From the NCBI RefSeq assembly GCF_020745735.1, contig NC_083409.1:15347873-15411872 (forward strand): DNA of 64,000 nucleotides, read 5' to 3'. Origin of the DNA: Hemiscyllium ocellatum (taxonomy: Eukaryota). The position numbers and the translations under genes were made by a program. The notes below the pieces were generated by a model. The model saw only the letters and a list, made by a program, of their open reading frames with translations. It searched no databases and was not told where the DNA came from. This document shows positions 1 through 13,143 of this stretch, piece by piece. Positions within the stretch are counted from its first letter, which is position 1, and every line of letters begins with the position of its first letter.

Positions 1-398
1 TGTGGATGCTTTGGAGAGGGTACTGAAAAAATGTACCAAGAATGCTGTCTGATATGAGGGATTTTCCCAGGGTAGAGGGGTCAGTTACTAGGGGACACAG
101 GTACAAGGTGTGGGAGGGGGTGGGTGGGTGCAGTGGGGAATTAAAACAGATGTGTGAGGTAAGTATTTCACACAAACGGTGGTGAGGGCTGGAACACGCT
201 GCCAGTGGAAGTGGTGGAAGCAGACACAATAGCAGCATTCAAGAAATACCTGGATGAATACACGGAAAAGAAGGGAATAGAGGGATATGAATCCTGTAGG
301 TGAATACAGTTTCGGTGAGGAAGGGCAAAATGTGTCAACACAGGCTGGGAGGGCCGAAGGGCCTGTTCCTGTGCTGTATAGTTCCTTGTTCTTTGGTC
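1..398 (+). mobile_element. CR1-clade LINE, 3' fragment
   Basis: Decayed RT C-terminal sequence followed by the CR1 3' UTR (gggccgaagggcctgttcctgtgctgta); inverted homologue at about 2570-2950 shares the same 3' flank. Confidence 0.8.
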
Positions 399-1080
399 CC
401 TGCTGTTGAATTGGATTCAAACCAACAATGCAGGAAGACTCATGATGAAGTGGGTGTTTGTTTGATTTCTCACTTGTGTTAATACAGTTTTAAATGTGTC
501 TGCGTACTTTCCCCTCTCTCTCTGTGGAGGGTGTCTCTGTCATTGTCTCCACCCGACCTTTCCACTCTCATAGTGATAGCAGTTTTTGCATTCCTTCTGT
601 TCGGGGGAGCTGTCATTCCCCCGCCCATATTACAACAATGACTAGACTTTGGAATTTCTCCATTAGCTGTAAAACATCTTTGAACATCCTGAGCTCATGA
701 ACAGTGTAACAGAAGGGCAATTCTCTCTCCTTTTTGTTTCCTCTCCATGCCTTCCCATCTGTCTCCCCACAACATCCCTCCCTTGTTTAAAATCTGGAAT
801 GAATTATGAGTCTCTGGGAGAATTTAATCTGTGGCAACATTGAAACTAACAATAACCACCTCCTTGGTGGGCTTTGAGTGTGAAGGTCAATAACACTCTC
901 ACTGGGACTTGATCTGGGTTGTCTCCAGTCAGTCAGTGTTATTGTTCTGGGGCCAGACATTACTGACCAACCTTAGACCCTGTGATCTGATTGAGATGAC
1001 GGATGACCTGCACTGGGCTTTAACACACTGTTACCACAGCACAGAGTGAAATCATGTAGCGCTGGTTAGGCAGAATCCCT

Positions 1081-2170
1081 GGAGCAGGAGAGTCGACGTT
1101 TTGAGCATAAGCTCTTCATCAGGAATGGAGAGGAGGGAGTGAGGAGTCGGAGAGATAAATAGGAGGGAATTGGGGCTGGCGAAAATGTAATGAAGATTGC
1201 AATAGGTACGTGGAGGTGGGGGGTGACAGTGATCAGTCAGAGTGAAGGGTGGAGTGGATAGGTGGGAAGGAAGATGGACAGGTAGGACAGTTCAAAAGGG
1301 TGGTGCCGAGTTGGAGGGTTGGATCTGGGATAAGCTGGGGGAGTGGAGATGAGGAAACAAGTAACATCAACATTCAGAGTATTGAGTACAGGAGTTGGGA
1401 GGTCATGTTGCGGCTGTACAGGACATTGGTTAGGCTACTGCTGGAATATTGCATGCAATTCTGGTCTCCTTCCTATCGGAAAGATGTTGTGAAACTTGAA
1501 AGGGTTCAGAAAAGATTTACAAGGATGTTGCCAGGGTTGGAAGATTGGAGCTACAGGGAGAGGCTGAACAGACTGGTGCTGTTTTCCCTGGAGCATCAGA
1601 GGCTGAGTGATAACCTGATAGAGTTTTACAAAATTACGAAGGGCATGGATAGGATAAATAGACAACATCTTTTCCCAGTGGTTGGGGAGTCCAGAACTAG
1701 AGGGCATAGGTTTAGGGTGAGAGGAGAAAGATACAAAAGAGACCTAAGGGGCAACTTTTTCACGCAGAGGGTGGTATGTGTATGGAATGAGCTGCCAGAA
1801 GATGTGGTGGAGGCTGGTGCAATTGCAACATTTAAGAGGCATTTGAATGGGTATATGAATAGGAAGGGTTTGGAGGGAGATGGGCTGGGTGCTGGCAGGT
1901 GGGACTAGATTGGGTTGGGATATCTGGTCGGCATGGACGGGTTGGACTGAAGGGTCTATTTCCATGCTGTACATCTCTATGACTCTATGACTCTATAACA
2001 TTCATTCCGTGTCATTGGAGGGTCTCAAGGTGGAAGATGTGGTGTTCTTCCTCCAGTTGTTAGATGGCTTCAATTTGGCGGTGGAGTAGGCCTAGGGACT
2101 TGCATATCCTTAGCAAGTGGATGGGGAGTTGAAATGGTCGGCCACAGGGTGGTGGGGTTGTTTAGTGTGT
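1081..2170 (-). mobile_element. Penelope-like element 3' fragment, split by a CR1 insertion
   Basis: Terminal motif ggagcaggagagtcgacg...ttcatcagga and GIY-YIG-region sequence resembling the 15370-17450 element. Confidence 0.65.
1377..1996 (+). mobile_element. CR1 LINE, 5'-truncated
   Basis: ORF with LYRTLVRLLLEYCMQFWSP...GHRFRVRG; (ctctatga)n tail; 8-bp TSD aacattca at 1369-1376 and 1997-2004. Confidence 0.9.
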
Positions 2171-2571
2171 GTGTCCTGAAGATATCATCTTCCAATCCTC
2201 CAATGAAGATGCACTGTCCTCACCAAAACATGTTGGCAAATCTCTTCATAACACATAAAGGGAGAGAAACATTGAAAACTGTATTATCATGAGTGAGAGT
2301 CCATTTAAAACAAGGACTATGATGTTAAATGCTCCCAGCCGTAAAGAACACTGGTGTATTGATGTCATTATCTTATTAAACAATATTAAAACCTCAGCCA
2401 AACATTTTCCTGCAGACAGTGTATTTAAAATATCAAGAGGCTTTCCCCATTGTTGGTTTGATCAGTGACGTAACAAGGAAGCAGCAGCTGCCCCATGAAC
2501 TCCAACAAAAGAATGAGAACAGGCTCTTCATATGGAGCTGGCTCCCGAGAATCCAATTCAACAGCAGGGAC

Positions 2572-3650
2572 CAAAGAACAAGGGACAATACAGCACAGGA
2601 ACAGGCCCTTCGGCCCTCCAAGCCTGTGCTGATACATTTTGCCCTTCTATACTGAAACTATCTTCATCGACAGGATTCATATCCCTCTATTCCCTTCCTA
2701 TTCATGCATTAGTGCAGGAATTTCTTGAATACTTCTATTGTGTCTGCTTCCACCCCCTCCTCTGGCTGTGTGTTCCAGGTAGTCAACTTCCTCTGTGTGA
2801 AATACTTGGTTTGTACACCTCTTTACAATGAATTCCCCCAAACCCCTGCACCATGAACCTGCGTCCCCTAGTATTTGACCCCTCCACCCTGGGAAAAAGT
2901 CTCATTATTTCCACTCTGCCTATCCCATTCACAACTCTGTAAACTTCTATCAGGACGCACCTCATTTTCCTGCATTCCAGTGAAAACAAACTCAGTCTCT
3001 CCAACCTTTCTTCAGAACTACAATCCCCCCATACCAGACAATATCCTGGTAAACATTTTCTGCACCGTCTTCAAAACATCCACATCCTTCTTTTTGGACT
3101 GTGTGCAGTTCTATGCAACCAGAACTGTGTGCAGTATTCCAAGTGTGGCCGAACTAAAGTTCTATAAAGCTGCAGCATAACTTGTCTGTCCTTACACTCA
3201 ATGCCCCTTCCAATGAAGGCAACCAGGCCATCAGCCTTTTTTACTGCCTTACCTCCCTGTGCTGGCACCTTCAGTGATCTGTGAACATACACACCCAGAT
3301 CCCTCTGCATATCAATACTCCAAAGGATTCTGTCATTCACTGTATAATTCCCACCTGTACATCACCTTCCAAAATGCATCACCTCACATTTGTCTGGATT
3401 AAACTACACCTGCCATTTTTCTGTCCAAGCATCTCTATCCTGCCATATCCTAGATAATCCTTCTCATTCTCTGCACTTCTACCAATCTTTGTATCAATTG
3501 TAAAATTACTAATTAGACCAGCTACGCTTTCCTCCAAATCATTTATGTAGACCATATACAGCAGAGTTCCCTGTGGAACACCACGAGTCACAGCCCTCCA
3601 TTCTGAAAACCATCCCCCCATCACTGCCCTCTGTCTCCTCCTACTCAGCC
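2572..3650 (-). mobile_element. CR1 LINE fragment inserted in block copy A
   Basis: LYRTLVRPHLEYCTQFW motif (ORF 3071-3340) and CR1 3' UTR; absent from copy B. Confidence 0.85.
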
Positions 3651-4199
3651 AGTTCTGTGCCCAATGCTGGAAACATTTTAGACAAGACACCTTGTCGCCA
3701 GCTCTTACTGCAACTTGATCCAGTTCATTCAGAAAGAGGAAAAGGACAATGTGCAGATTGTTGAACAGGCCCCAACACCTGGTCCTGAGGCAGGAGCCCA
3801 ATCTCCAACACACTGGCCTCACTTCACACCAACCTTCACACAGTGCGGGGTCATGAACTCCGGCCATCAATCCCTCTGGGACCGGGGCGGGTTGGGGGAA
3901 CAGGGACAATTGTAGAGGAGTCAATAAGGAGTAAAGAAAGATGGAGAGAGTGTGTTGGAAAGTGTTCAATGGAGGGAACATACCTTGCGATACCCAATAC
4001 TGACAGAGTCTCCATGTATCACAGAATGTACAAAACAGCACTCCAGTAATGTGGCTGACCCTTACCTGCCATTTAAAAGGCTAAAGAAGCCACTCAGTTT
4101 CAGGACAGGTAGGGATGGGGAACAAATGCTGGTCTTGCCAGTGACTCCCACATCCCAGAAAAGAATAGATGGGTTCAGTGATAACACTGTCACCTGAAC

Positions 4200-4400
4200 C
4201 TGCAGGTTTCAAGCCGCACTCCAGACACTGGAGCACTGTCCTGAGGCTGGCAAAGGCAAAGACGCCATCTGCTGGATGATCGGTTAAACCACTGCCCTCT
4301 CAGGTCGATGTGAATGTAAGGGCTTTGTGACCATCTCAGGGAAACTCTCCCCAGTGTGCTGACCAATGCTTCTCTTATAACCAATGGCATTAACACAGAT
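4200..4400 (+). mobile_element. Deu-domain SINE (SacSINE1-like) relic
   Basis: ttcaagccgcactccaga...ttaaacc...tgccctctcagg...ctccccagtgtgctgaccaat resembles the recalled DeuSINE consensus. Confidence 0.6.
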
Positions 4401-4599
4401 ACATAAACAAAATACTGCAAATCTCAAATAGAAGCACGATGCTGGAGAAAGGGTGCAGCCTCTGTGGGGAGAGGAGGTTTAACTTTTTGGGTTCAGTGAT
4501 GTTTTATCAAAAAGGCAGCAAAATTATATTTTATTTAATTTTATGCTGTTTTATATTATTTTATTTAAATTTTGTTGAAAACAAGGTTACCCGCTTGAT

Positions 4600-4970
4600 T
4601 GGAACCACATTCACACACATGCATTCCCTCCACACCGACGCTCAGTAACAGCTCTGTGTACTATTTACAAGATGCACTGCAGAGATTCACCAAAGATCCT
4701 GAGACAACAGCTTCCAAACCCATGACCACTTATATTTGGACAAGGACAGCAGGTACATGGGACCATCACCCCAGCAAGTTCCTCTCCAAGTCATTCACCA
4801 GTTTGACTTGGAAATATGAAGCAGTTCCTACATCATCACTGGGTCACAATCCTGGAATTCCCTTCCTAAGGACATTGTGGGTCTACCAACAGCAGACTGA
4901 CTGCAGGGGTTCAAGATGGCAGCTAATCACCACCAGGTCCAGGGCAATTAGAGTTGGACAGTAAAAAGCC
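4600..4970 (+). mobile_element. LINE 3' fragment (L2/CR1 superfamily)
   Basis: gacttggaaatat...tcactgggtc..atcctggaa...gggcaattag tail recurring at 11750, 36340-36500 (minus), 45220, 52540, 59560 (minus). Confidence 0.6.
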
Positions 4971-5269
4971 TGGTACAAGAGAGTGTAAATGTGCTTAAGG
5001 ACCAGAAAGTGAGACTGCGATGTTTCAGTTATTCCTGGACATTGGTGTGACCACATCTCAAATACTGAGGGTAGTTTTGGTCTCCCTATTGAAGGAAGAA
5101 TATAAATGCATCGGAGGTGGTTCACAGGAATTTTACCCGATTGATCCCTGGAATGGTTGGGCTGTGATGAGGAAAGATTGGAAAAGGAGATAAAGGGAAT
5201 GGGGCGGAGCAGGGTGTTGAGGTAGGGATAGGTTGAGAATGGTAGAGAATATGACCTGATGAGTCGATG

Positions 5270-5535
5270 GGAGAGTAATTTGTATTCATCCCTCCCATCA
5301 ACCAATCCTCTACCTACCTTCACCTTTCCCCATCTCACCACCCTGCCCCCCACTACTCCCTTTATCTGCAGCTCCCCCATCATTCCCCCACCTCCCAACC
5401 CACCCCCATTCCTGAAGAAGGATTACAGCCAAAACATTGATTTCTCCACCTCCTGATGCTGCCTGGCTTGCTGTGTTCTCCCAGCCTCCTGCTTGTCAAC
5501 CTTAGATTCCAGCATTTGCACTTTCTTTTGTCTCT
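5270..5535 (+). mobile_element. Penelope-like 3' terminal fragment
   Basis: cattcctgaagaagg...cctgatgctgcctggcttgctgtgttct..cagcctcc terminus shared with 17360-17450. Confidence 0.65.
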
Positions 5536-5820
5536 AATCTCTTCAGGGGCCTGGATGAGAGTGAGGGAATTGGGTTTTGATGGAGCTACCCACAGACTCA
5601 AGTCAAAAGAAGCAAAGCAAGAAAGGCAAGTGGATCGAATACAAGAGACCAAATTGTGAGCAAAAACCAATTATTACTAGTTTAGCAATTGCAAAGCAGA
5701 GAGTGACAACATTGAATTGCTTCTGGTGTCATCCTCTGTGCCCTAACATTTCATATTGCCAGCTCCACATCCTTCCATTGGCTTTGTCATTGAGAGGCAA
5801 CAGTTCCCTTCCCACAGCAC

Positions 5821-7420
5821 AGAACATAGAACATAGAAAAATATAGCGCAGTACAGGCCCTTCGGCCCTCAATGTTGCACCGACCGAATCCTACCTAACC
5901 TACACTAGCCCAATAACTTCCAAATGCCTATCCAATGCCCGTTTAAATGACCATAAAGAGGGAGAGTTCACCACTGCTACTGGCAGGGCATTCCATGAAC
6001 TCACAACCCGCTGTGGAAAGAATCTACCCCTAACATCTGTCCTATACCTTCCACCCCTTAATTTAAAGCTGTGTCCCCTTGTAACAGCTGACTCCATTAG
6101 CGGTAAAAGGTTCTCAGTGTCTACCCTATCTAAACCCCTAATCATCTTGTACACCTCTATCAAATCTCCCCTAAACCTTCTTTTCTCCAATGAGAACAGC
6201 CCCAAGTGCCTCAGTCTTTCCTCATACGATTTTCCTACCATACCAGGCAACATCCTGGTAAACCTCCTCTGCACTCGTTCCAATGCCTCCACATCCTTCC
6301 TATAGTATGGCGACCAAAACTGCACACAATACTCCAGATGAGGCCACACCAGAGTCTTATACAACTGCAACATGACCTCAGGACTCCGGAACTCAATTCC
6401 TCTGCCAATAAAGCCCAGTACACCATATGCCTTCCTCACAGCACTATTTACCTGGGTGGCAACTTTCAGAGATCTGTGTACATGGACACCAAGATCCCTC
6501 TGCTCATCCACACTACCAAGTAGCCTACCATTAGCCCAGTAATCCATCTTCTTGTTACTCCTACCAAAGTGAATGACTTCACACTTAGCTACATTGAATT
6601 CCATTTGTCACCTTTCTGCACAGCTTTGCAACTTGTCTATATCCCGCTGTAACCTGCCACATCCTTCCTCACTATCCACAACTCCACCGACTTTTGTGTC
6701 ATCCGCAAACTTGCTCACCTAGCTTTCAAGCCCCTCCTCTAGATCATTTATAAAGATAACAAAACGCAATGGTCCCAAAACAGATCCTTGAGGTACACCG
6801 CTAGTAACTGCACTCCAAGATGAACATAGTCCATCAACTACTACCCTCTGTCTCCTTGCAGCCAGCCAATTTCTAATCCAAACCTCTAATGCACCCTCAA
6901 TGCCATACCTCCGTAGTTTTTGCATTAGCCTACCATGGGGTACCTTATCGAATGCCTTACTAAAATCCATATACACAACATCTACTGCTTTACCCTCGTC
7001 CACCTCCTTAGTCACCTGCTCAAAGAACTCAATAAGGTTTGTGAGGCACGACCTGCCCTTCACAAAACCATGCTGACTATCCTTGATCACGTTATTCCTA
7101 TCCAGATGTTCATAAATCTTATCCCTTACAATTCTCTCTAAGACTTTGCCCACCACAGAAGTCAGACTCACTGGCCTATAGTTACTCGGGCTATCCCTAC
7201 TCCCCTTCTTGATCAAGGGGACCACATTCGCCATCCTCCAGTCTTCTGGTACTATTCCCGTTGACAATGACAACATAAAAATCCAGGCCAATGGCTCTGC
7301 TATCTCCTCCCTAGCTTCCCAGAGGATCCTAGGATAAATGCCATCAGGCCCAGGAGACTTATCTATTTTCATCCTTTCCAGTATTCCCTAAACCTCTTCC
7401 CTACATACTTCAATGCCATC
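5821..7420 (-). mobile_element. Young CR1 LINE, 5'-truncated, RT ORF broken by one in-frame stop
   Basis: ORFs 6719-7372 and 5900-6604 are in the same frame; [27 protein letters not shown] motifs; (agaacat)n tail at 5821-5846. Confidence 0.95.
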
Positions 7421-8289
7421 CATTCTAAAATGCACTTTTTAATATGTCCTGTCCCAGGGAATCACTGACAAAGAAAATATTTCACCATTTCTGGGAAAGT
7501 TGGAGAAATGTTAGATGTCAAGGAGCTGTTTCTCAGCCTTCAGGGTCTGACAGAAGGATGTGTGTAGGCTGTGGATTCTGGAGACAGATCACTGAGATAT
7601 TCCTCACTCCCATCAACACCTGACTTTATTCCGACATCAGTTTCTATTCTTCATTATAAAGTACCCCCACCAGTTTCAGACTAGACATTTCACACCCAGC
7701 CCCCATTTCCTCACATTGGAATCAAGAACCAAACTTGCCCCATCTCAGGATTGCCCTCTGAATGTGGTGTCAGTGTGCTAATGCTGTGTTTGAATGAAAG
7801 AGCCACAGTGGAATCTGGGACTGAATCCAAGGGGTTTCTGATCCACCAGCAGCCTCCCTGCTGTATGAGATTCTGTTTGGATAAGATTTCAGCCCCATGG
7901 TTCCCACTGATACGAGAACCATGGAGTGAGATTGCTGGAGCCACATCTGGACTGAGGAACACAACAGTCAGGACAATGAGATGCTCTGGAATCCACCCTG
8001 AGCCCTGGATGGTTGTCACTGAGATGGCCCAGGGGCTACAGAATATGACAGCAGAAAGTGGAACCAGCTTATCATTGACTGTACTCCCCAGCCGTGACTC
8101 CCAGACTCCCCCAGACTGAACATTCTCAATCTGACTCCAGGGACACACGGGGCAATTCCACCTCATTTGAAGAGTAAAGAAAACCCAAGTCTAATTTATG
8201 GAATATTTATTTCCCAAATTGGTCTTATGCAATTGTTATTCTGAGTAACAAGGTCCTGCTGGTCATATTCATCAATATAGGGTTCCCAG

Positions 8290-8880
8290 TGGCTCTGGCT
8301 CCCAAACAGTTGATTTGAATTTCTTGGCTTTTGATCTTGCTGTGCCTAAGGGATGGGTGAGCGTTGATGGGGAATTTGCATCAGATTATTGTGTTCCCCA
8401 TTGTCCCCTCCTGATCATGATCCTGATTACAGCCTGGAGACCTGGACATAACTTTCATCAGATTCTTTATTTCTTGCAGTTCCTCCACTCTACCCACCCA
8501 GATTCTACTTCTGACTCTATATCACTTCTTGCTATTGATTTAATTTCATTTCTTACTAACAAGGCAACTCTTGCCCCTCTGCCCATCTGCCTGTCCTTTT
8601 GATAGGACATGTATCCTTGGATATTTAGTTCCCAGCCCAGATCCCCTTACAGCCATATCTCTGTGATACCCACAACATCATACCTGCCAGATTCAATCTG
8701 CACTACAAGTTCATTCCTGCATTGACTGCACTCCTTCCCATCATTGTCCTCTTATCTCTTGTGTTTGATGTTCAACTCTTGATCCTTTCCGTACTCTCTG
8801 CCCTATTATATCTTCCAGAAACCTGAATAACTTCTCCTGAGCCCTCCTCCACTTTAACTAGTTTAAATCCCTTGGAAACT
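8290..8880 (-). mobile_element. Decayed CR1 ORF2 fragment
   Basis: Resembles the antisense CR1 endonuclease/linker region; no long ORF. Confidence 0.45.
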
Positions 8881-9332
8881 CAATTTACCTCAATTTGTGG
8901 CATCACTTTGTCTCCCGTACTCAGAATGGTTCATGCATTTAGATAAAACCTCTTTAAGTTTGTTCTATTATTGATTTTCCCTGCACATGGTTCCTTTGAT
9001 ATTCAAAAATTCTGCCCCTTCCTTTTATTTTCTGGTAACAATCAATCCCATCACTATTCACCAACCTACCTGCTCCTTTCCACTCTATTTCCTCATTTTC
9101 CATCCAACTCAACCGAATTATTGGGTCTTTGAGTTGAGTTCAGGACAATATTTATCTTTGAACCATCATCATTAACAGTGGTCTTTGATCTCATTGCTTT
9201 TCATGGGATCTTGCTGAGTAGAAACTGGCTGCCACTTTCCCGACATTGTAACAGTGACTGGTTTTCAAACAAAACTGTCTATAAATGTCTTTGGGAGAGC
9301 CTGAGGTGTTAAGGGTTCAATTGAACTTCAGT

Positions 9333-10010
9333 TAGAGTCAGAGATTTGTACAGCACGGAAACCAACCCTTCAATCCAACTCATCAATGCTGACCAGATAT
9401 CCGAAATTAATCTAGTCCCCTTTGCCAGCATTTAGCCCATATCCCTCTGAACTCTTCCTATTCATATACCCATCCAGATGCCTTTTAAATGCTGTAATTC
9501 TACCAGCCTCCACCACTTCTTCTGGCAGCTTATTCCATACATGTACCACCCTCCACATGAAAAGGTTGGCCCTTAGGTCCCTTTTAAATCTTTCCACTGT
9601 CACCTTCAACCTATGCCTTCTAGTTTTCAACAGCCCCACTCTGGAGAAAAGATCTTCTCTATTCACCCTATCTATGCCCCTCATGATATTATGAACCATT
9701 ATATTGTCACCCCTCAGCCTCCAAAGTTGCAGGGACAATAGCCTCAGCCTATTCAGCCTCTCCAGATAGCTCAAACCCTCCGACCCTGGCAACATCTTTG
9801 TAAATCTTTTCTGAAGCATTTTAAGATTCACAACATTATTCCTGTAGCAGGGAGACCAGAATTACACAGTATTCCAAAAGTGCCCTAACCAATGTCCTGT
9901 ACAGCCGCAACAGCTCCCAACTCCAATACTCAATGCACTGCCCAATAAAGGAAAGCATATTGAACAACATCTTCACCACACTATCGACCTGCAACTCCAC
10001 TTTGAAGGAA
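9333..10010 (-). mobile_element. CR1 LINE, 5'-truncated
   Basis: ORFs 9412-9831 and 9836-10066: LYRTLVRALLEYC, LQKRFTKMLPG; CR1 3' UTR. Confidence 0.9.
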
Positions 10011-10479
10011 CTATACTTTTTTTGGATGAACTGGGAATCCTTCAGTTGTGAAAGATGCCATTCCATGACACTATTGGAGGAAGAGCAGCCAGTTCCCCCA
10101 GTGCCCTGGTTAATACTTATACCCCAATCAAAATCAATAAAAATCTATTTCCCTGCTAATTATCATAATGTGTTTGGGATCTTACTGTGCACAGTCTGCT
10201 GGAAAGAGCCATTGGGGCATCCTGAGTTGGGGACAGGTGCCTCACAAATTCAAGTCTTTCTTTAAAGTTGGAGCTTCCTGATCCTGACCCTCACCCATGT
10301 ACTCTCACCTTCCAGGGGTCATTGAGTCATTAGGAGAAGTGACCTTGGCTGACCCTGGGGCAGTGAGACTCTTTGTAGCCTCACCCTTGACCTCAGCCCA
10401 TTGGTGTGCAGCAAGGTTTGAAATGTAATCTGGAACCTTCCACATGGACACCCAATGAAGTATGTGGATCCAAGTCTGC

Positions 10480-11750
10480 TCCAATGTTCTCAGATAAAGT
10501 TCTCCTGATCTGTGGGTGATAGCAGGTTTGTTAAAGATGTATTGAGCTCCATCCCACTTTCCAGCTTTTGCTCCATAGCTCTGGAGGCTTTGCTGTTTCA
10601 AGTGAATATTCAAGTGTTTTTGCAATGTGATGATGGTTTTGGCCTCTCCCACCCTTTCAGTCAGTAAGTCCCAGTTCTCACCAGCCTCTGGGTAGAAACA
10701 GTTACTCCTCAACTCCCCTCAAACCCTGCCCCAATTCATTTCAATCTCTCCCCATAGCTAGTGCTTCTCTGCTGATGGAAATCAGTCCTTCCTACCCACT
10801 CTGTCCAGGGCCCTCATCATTTTACACACCTCGAATGCTCCACCCTTCAATATGATCACAGCCGATCATCCAACACAATCCCCTGTTCCTCCTTTCTCCC
10901 CACATTCTTTGATCCCTTTAATCCTAAGAACAATATTTAATTCCTTCTTGAACACTTGAACATCTAATTCCCTCATACTGGAAGAATGGATGAAAATTAT
11001 TGGGTTGCTATTTTTTTGACCAGTCTGGACACAATGGGCTGATGGGCCTTTTGGGTCTCTATGATTCTATGATTGTATATTATGAATAACTGGGTACCAA
11101 GGACTGACCCCTGTAGTATGACAATTGGTAACTACCTGCCATTCAGAAAAAGACTTGTTCTTTCTGTCCTGTCTGCCAACCAGTTCCCAATCCATGTCAG
11201 TACATGATCCCAATCCTCTTGTTCGTTGGGCTTTCCCTGATTCAGTTGGACATATTTCATCCTGTCAGTTCTTTGCCTTCCACAGGTCCTGTTCAATGTC
11301 ACACCTGCATTTTCTATCCTCCTCTCAGCTTTCTGCAGGTTTGATCTCCAGATAACCAACATCACCATCACTGTTTGGTCTTCTCTACTCTGCTGCCTTT
11401 TGACATCCCAGGCTGAGAGTCTATATTTGGGAGTCCCACCTTTACTCATTGTGGGAACAGATTCTGAACAATCTCTGTCTCATCCTTCGAGGTCTCCCAC
11501 TGCCCTGACACTGATTTTCCATCATGTACTTGATTTCAGTCCACTTTGCTAAATCACCGCACAGTTTAGTAAAATAGTTCATTCCCAAATGAAAACTTTT
11601 ACACTTGCTCCATTGTTCTCCATTTCCATCCGTACACTCAATCTGAGTTCTGATCACTGTCACTGAAATGCTCCCCCATTGATAGCCCTTCCAGCTGCCC
11701 ACATTCATTCCCTAAACGATGGTCTAAAACTATCCCTTCTCTTTCAGGGG
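10480..11750. mobile_element. Mosaic of old CR1 fragments on both strands
   Basis: CR1-like peptides in ORFs 10305-10712 and 11132-11449; ctatgattctatga tail near 11060. Confidence 0.55.
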
Positions 11751-11950
11751 CAATTAGGGATGGGCAATAAATGCTGGTCCTGGCAGTGACTCTCATATCC
11801 CATGAAGCAATTTAAACAATACCTGTTCTTTTGTCGGGTCTATTCTGTATTGACTATAAATGTTCAATATGATTGTATTGCCAGTGAATATACTGAGAGT
11901 CAAAATCCATTTGCTTTGCAGGGATTAAAATTGTTTCTCTTGTCTTTCAG

Positions 11951-12256
11951 GCGTGAGAACTCTCAGCCCAAGCTGACCCTGCTGCCCCCCTCCCCGGAGC
12001 AGGTCAATGCCAAGGGCACTGCCACCCTGGTGTGCCTTGCCAATCACTTCTATCCCGATGAGCTGGAGGTGCAGTGGAAGAAGGATGGTGCAGTCATTTT
12101 GGACGGGGTTCAGACCAGCAACTACCTGCGAGCTTCGGACAGCACCTACAGTGTCAGCAGCCTGCTGACCCTCTCTGGGTCTGACTGGGAGTCCAACACT
12201 CGCTTCTCCTCCCCTCTCCCCTCAGCAAGAGCATCAGGAGATCAGAATGTGTGTAG
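11951..12256 (+). pseudogene. IGKC: Immunoglobulin light chain kappa-type (shark type III/NS4-like) constant exon, disabled
   Basis: Acceptor ttgtctttcag; RENSQPKLTLLPPSPEQVNAKGTATLVCLANHFYPDELEVQWKKDG...SDSTYSVSSLLTLSGSDWESNTRFS; second Cys and His strand missing; native end PLSKSIRRSECV* lies in a shifted frame. Confidence 0.92.
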
Positions 12257-12779
12257 AGTGTTGGAGACAGTCCACAGAGGAGACACAACTTTAAATAGAA
12301 CAGGGCTGAGCTGGCAGGACAAAGGTCATTGTCAGCACTGAATTTCACCTCTCTTCCTTCTCAGGACTGGCTCAGAGACACTTGTGAGGTTTAGATGTTG
12401 AAGTCGGTCACTGCGACAGTATCAAGAGACTTTGCGCTATGTCAAAGCTCATGTTGTCCTTGTCTGGGGTGTGTTTGATTGGGAAGTGTTGACTGTATGC
12501 CAAGTAAAATCTCTTGAAGTTGCTGAAGACTGTCAGCTGTATAAAAACAATGTGAACCTCAGAAGTCTCTGCTTCAGTAAACCAGATCTTCTTCCTGCTC
12601 CGCTGTCAGTTCCAATTTAAGGTTTTGTCACTGTTTAAAGGGACAGGATTCTCATGTTATTGAGCAAATTTTCACAAGTGTTTTCCTCAAATGCCATTGT
12701 GGCTGTGAATTTGAGCAGCTTCCTCTGTCTGGGCTGTTAGTTGCAGTTTTTTTTCTGTCAATGTGAACGTGGAAAAGGG

Positions 12780-12785
12780 AATAAA
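12780..12785 (+). terminator. Polyadenylation signal of the Ig C gene
   Basis: AATAAA about 525 nt after the C-exon stop, followed by GT/T-rich sequence. Confidence 0.55.
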
Positions 12786-12829
12786 GATGAAGATTCAATC
12801 TCTGTTTCGTGTGCTTTGGAAATAGATGA

Positions 12830-12857
12830 CCCCCTCCCCCTCCCCCTCCCCCTCCCC
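12830..12857. repeat. (CCCCCT)n simple repeat
   Basis: Read directly from the sequence. Confidence 0.95.
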
Positions 12858-13143
12858 AGTTGATTGGCTGCATTTCAGCAGGTCATTGTCACAATTGGTT
12901 GCTTGGCCTGTCAATCAATTACAATCATCTATCATTAATCATTTTCATATGATCCCTTTGGTCAGGAATTTATGTAGATTACAAGATTCCAAAAAGAACA
13001 GAAACTGAAAGTTGTTAGGACTCAATAAGTACAACCCGACGCATTCCTTCCAGGCCCAGCTGATGGGATTGCACTGTGCAATCTCTGTGGCATGTTGGGT
13101 AGCCCCTGAAACAATCTTCAGCCATTCACAGACATTGTCGGCT

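Larger units (their letters stand above)
610..4050 (+). repeat. Duplicated non-coding block, copy A (interrupted by LINEs)
   Basis: 610-1060 aligns by eye to 18050-18480; 2190-2570 to 19430-19810; 3650-4050 to 19815-20180 plus 21436-21460. Confidence 0.8.

Noticed and set aside
625-700. Apparent minus-strand exon shared by block copies A and B (ttttacag acceptor)
   Set aside because: It is the 3' part of a Deu-domain SINE; translations of the two copies do not agree
7713-7736. J-segment-like acattggaatcaagaaccaaactt
   Set aside because: No FGXG, no RSS upstream, no donor downstream
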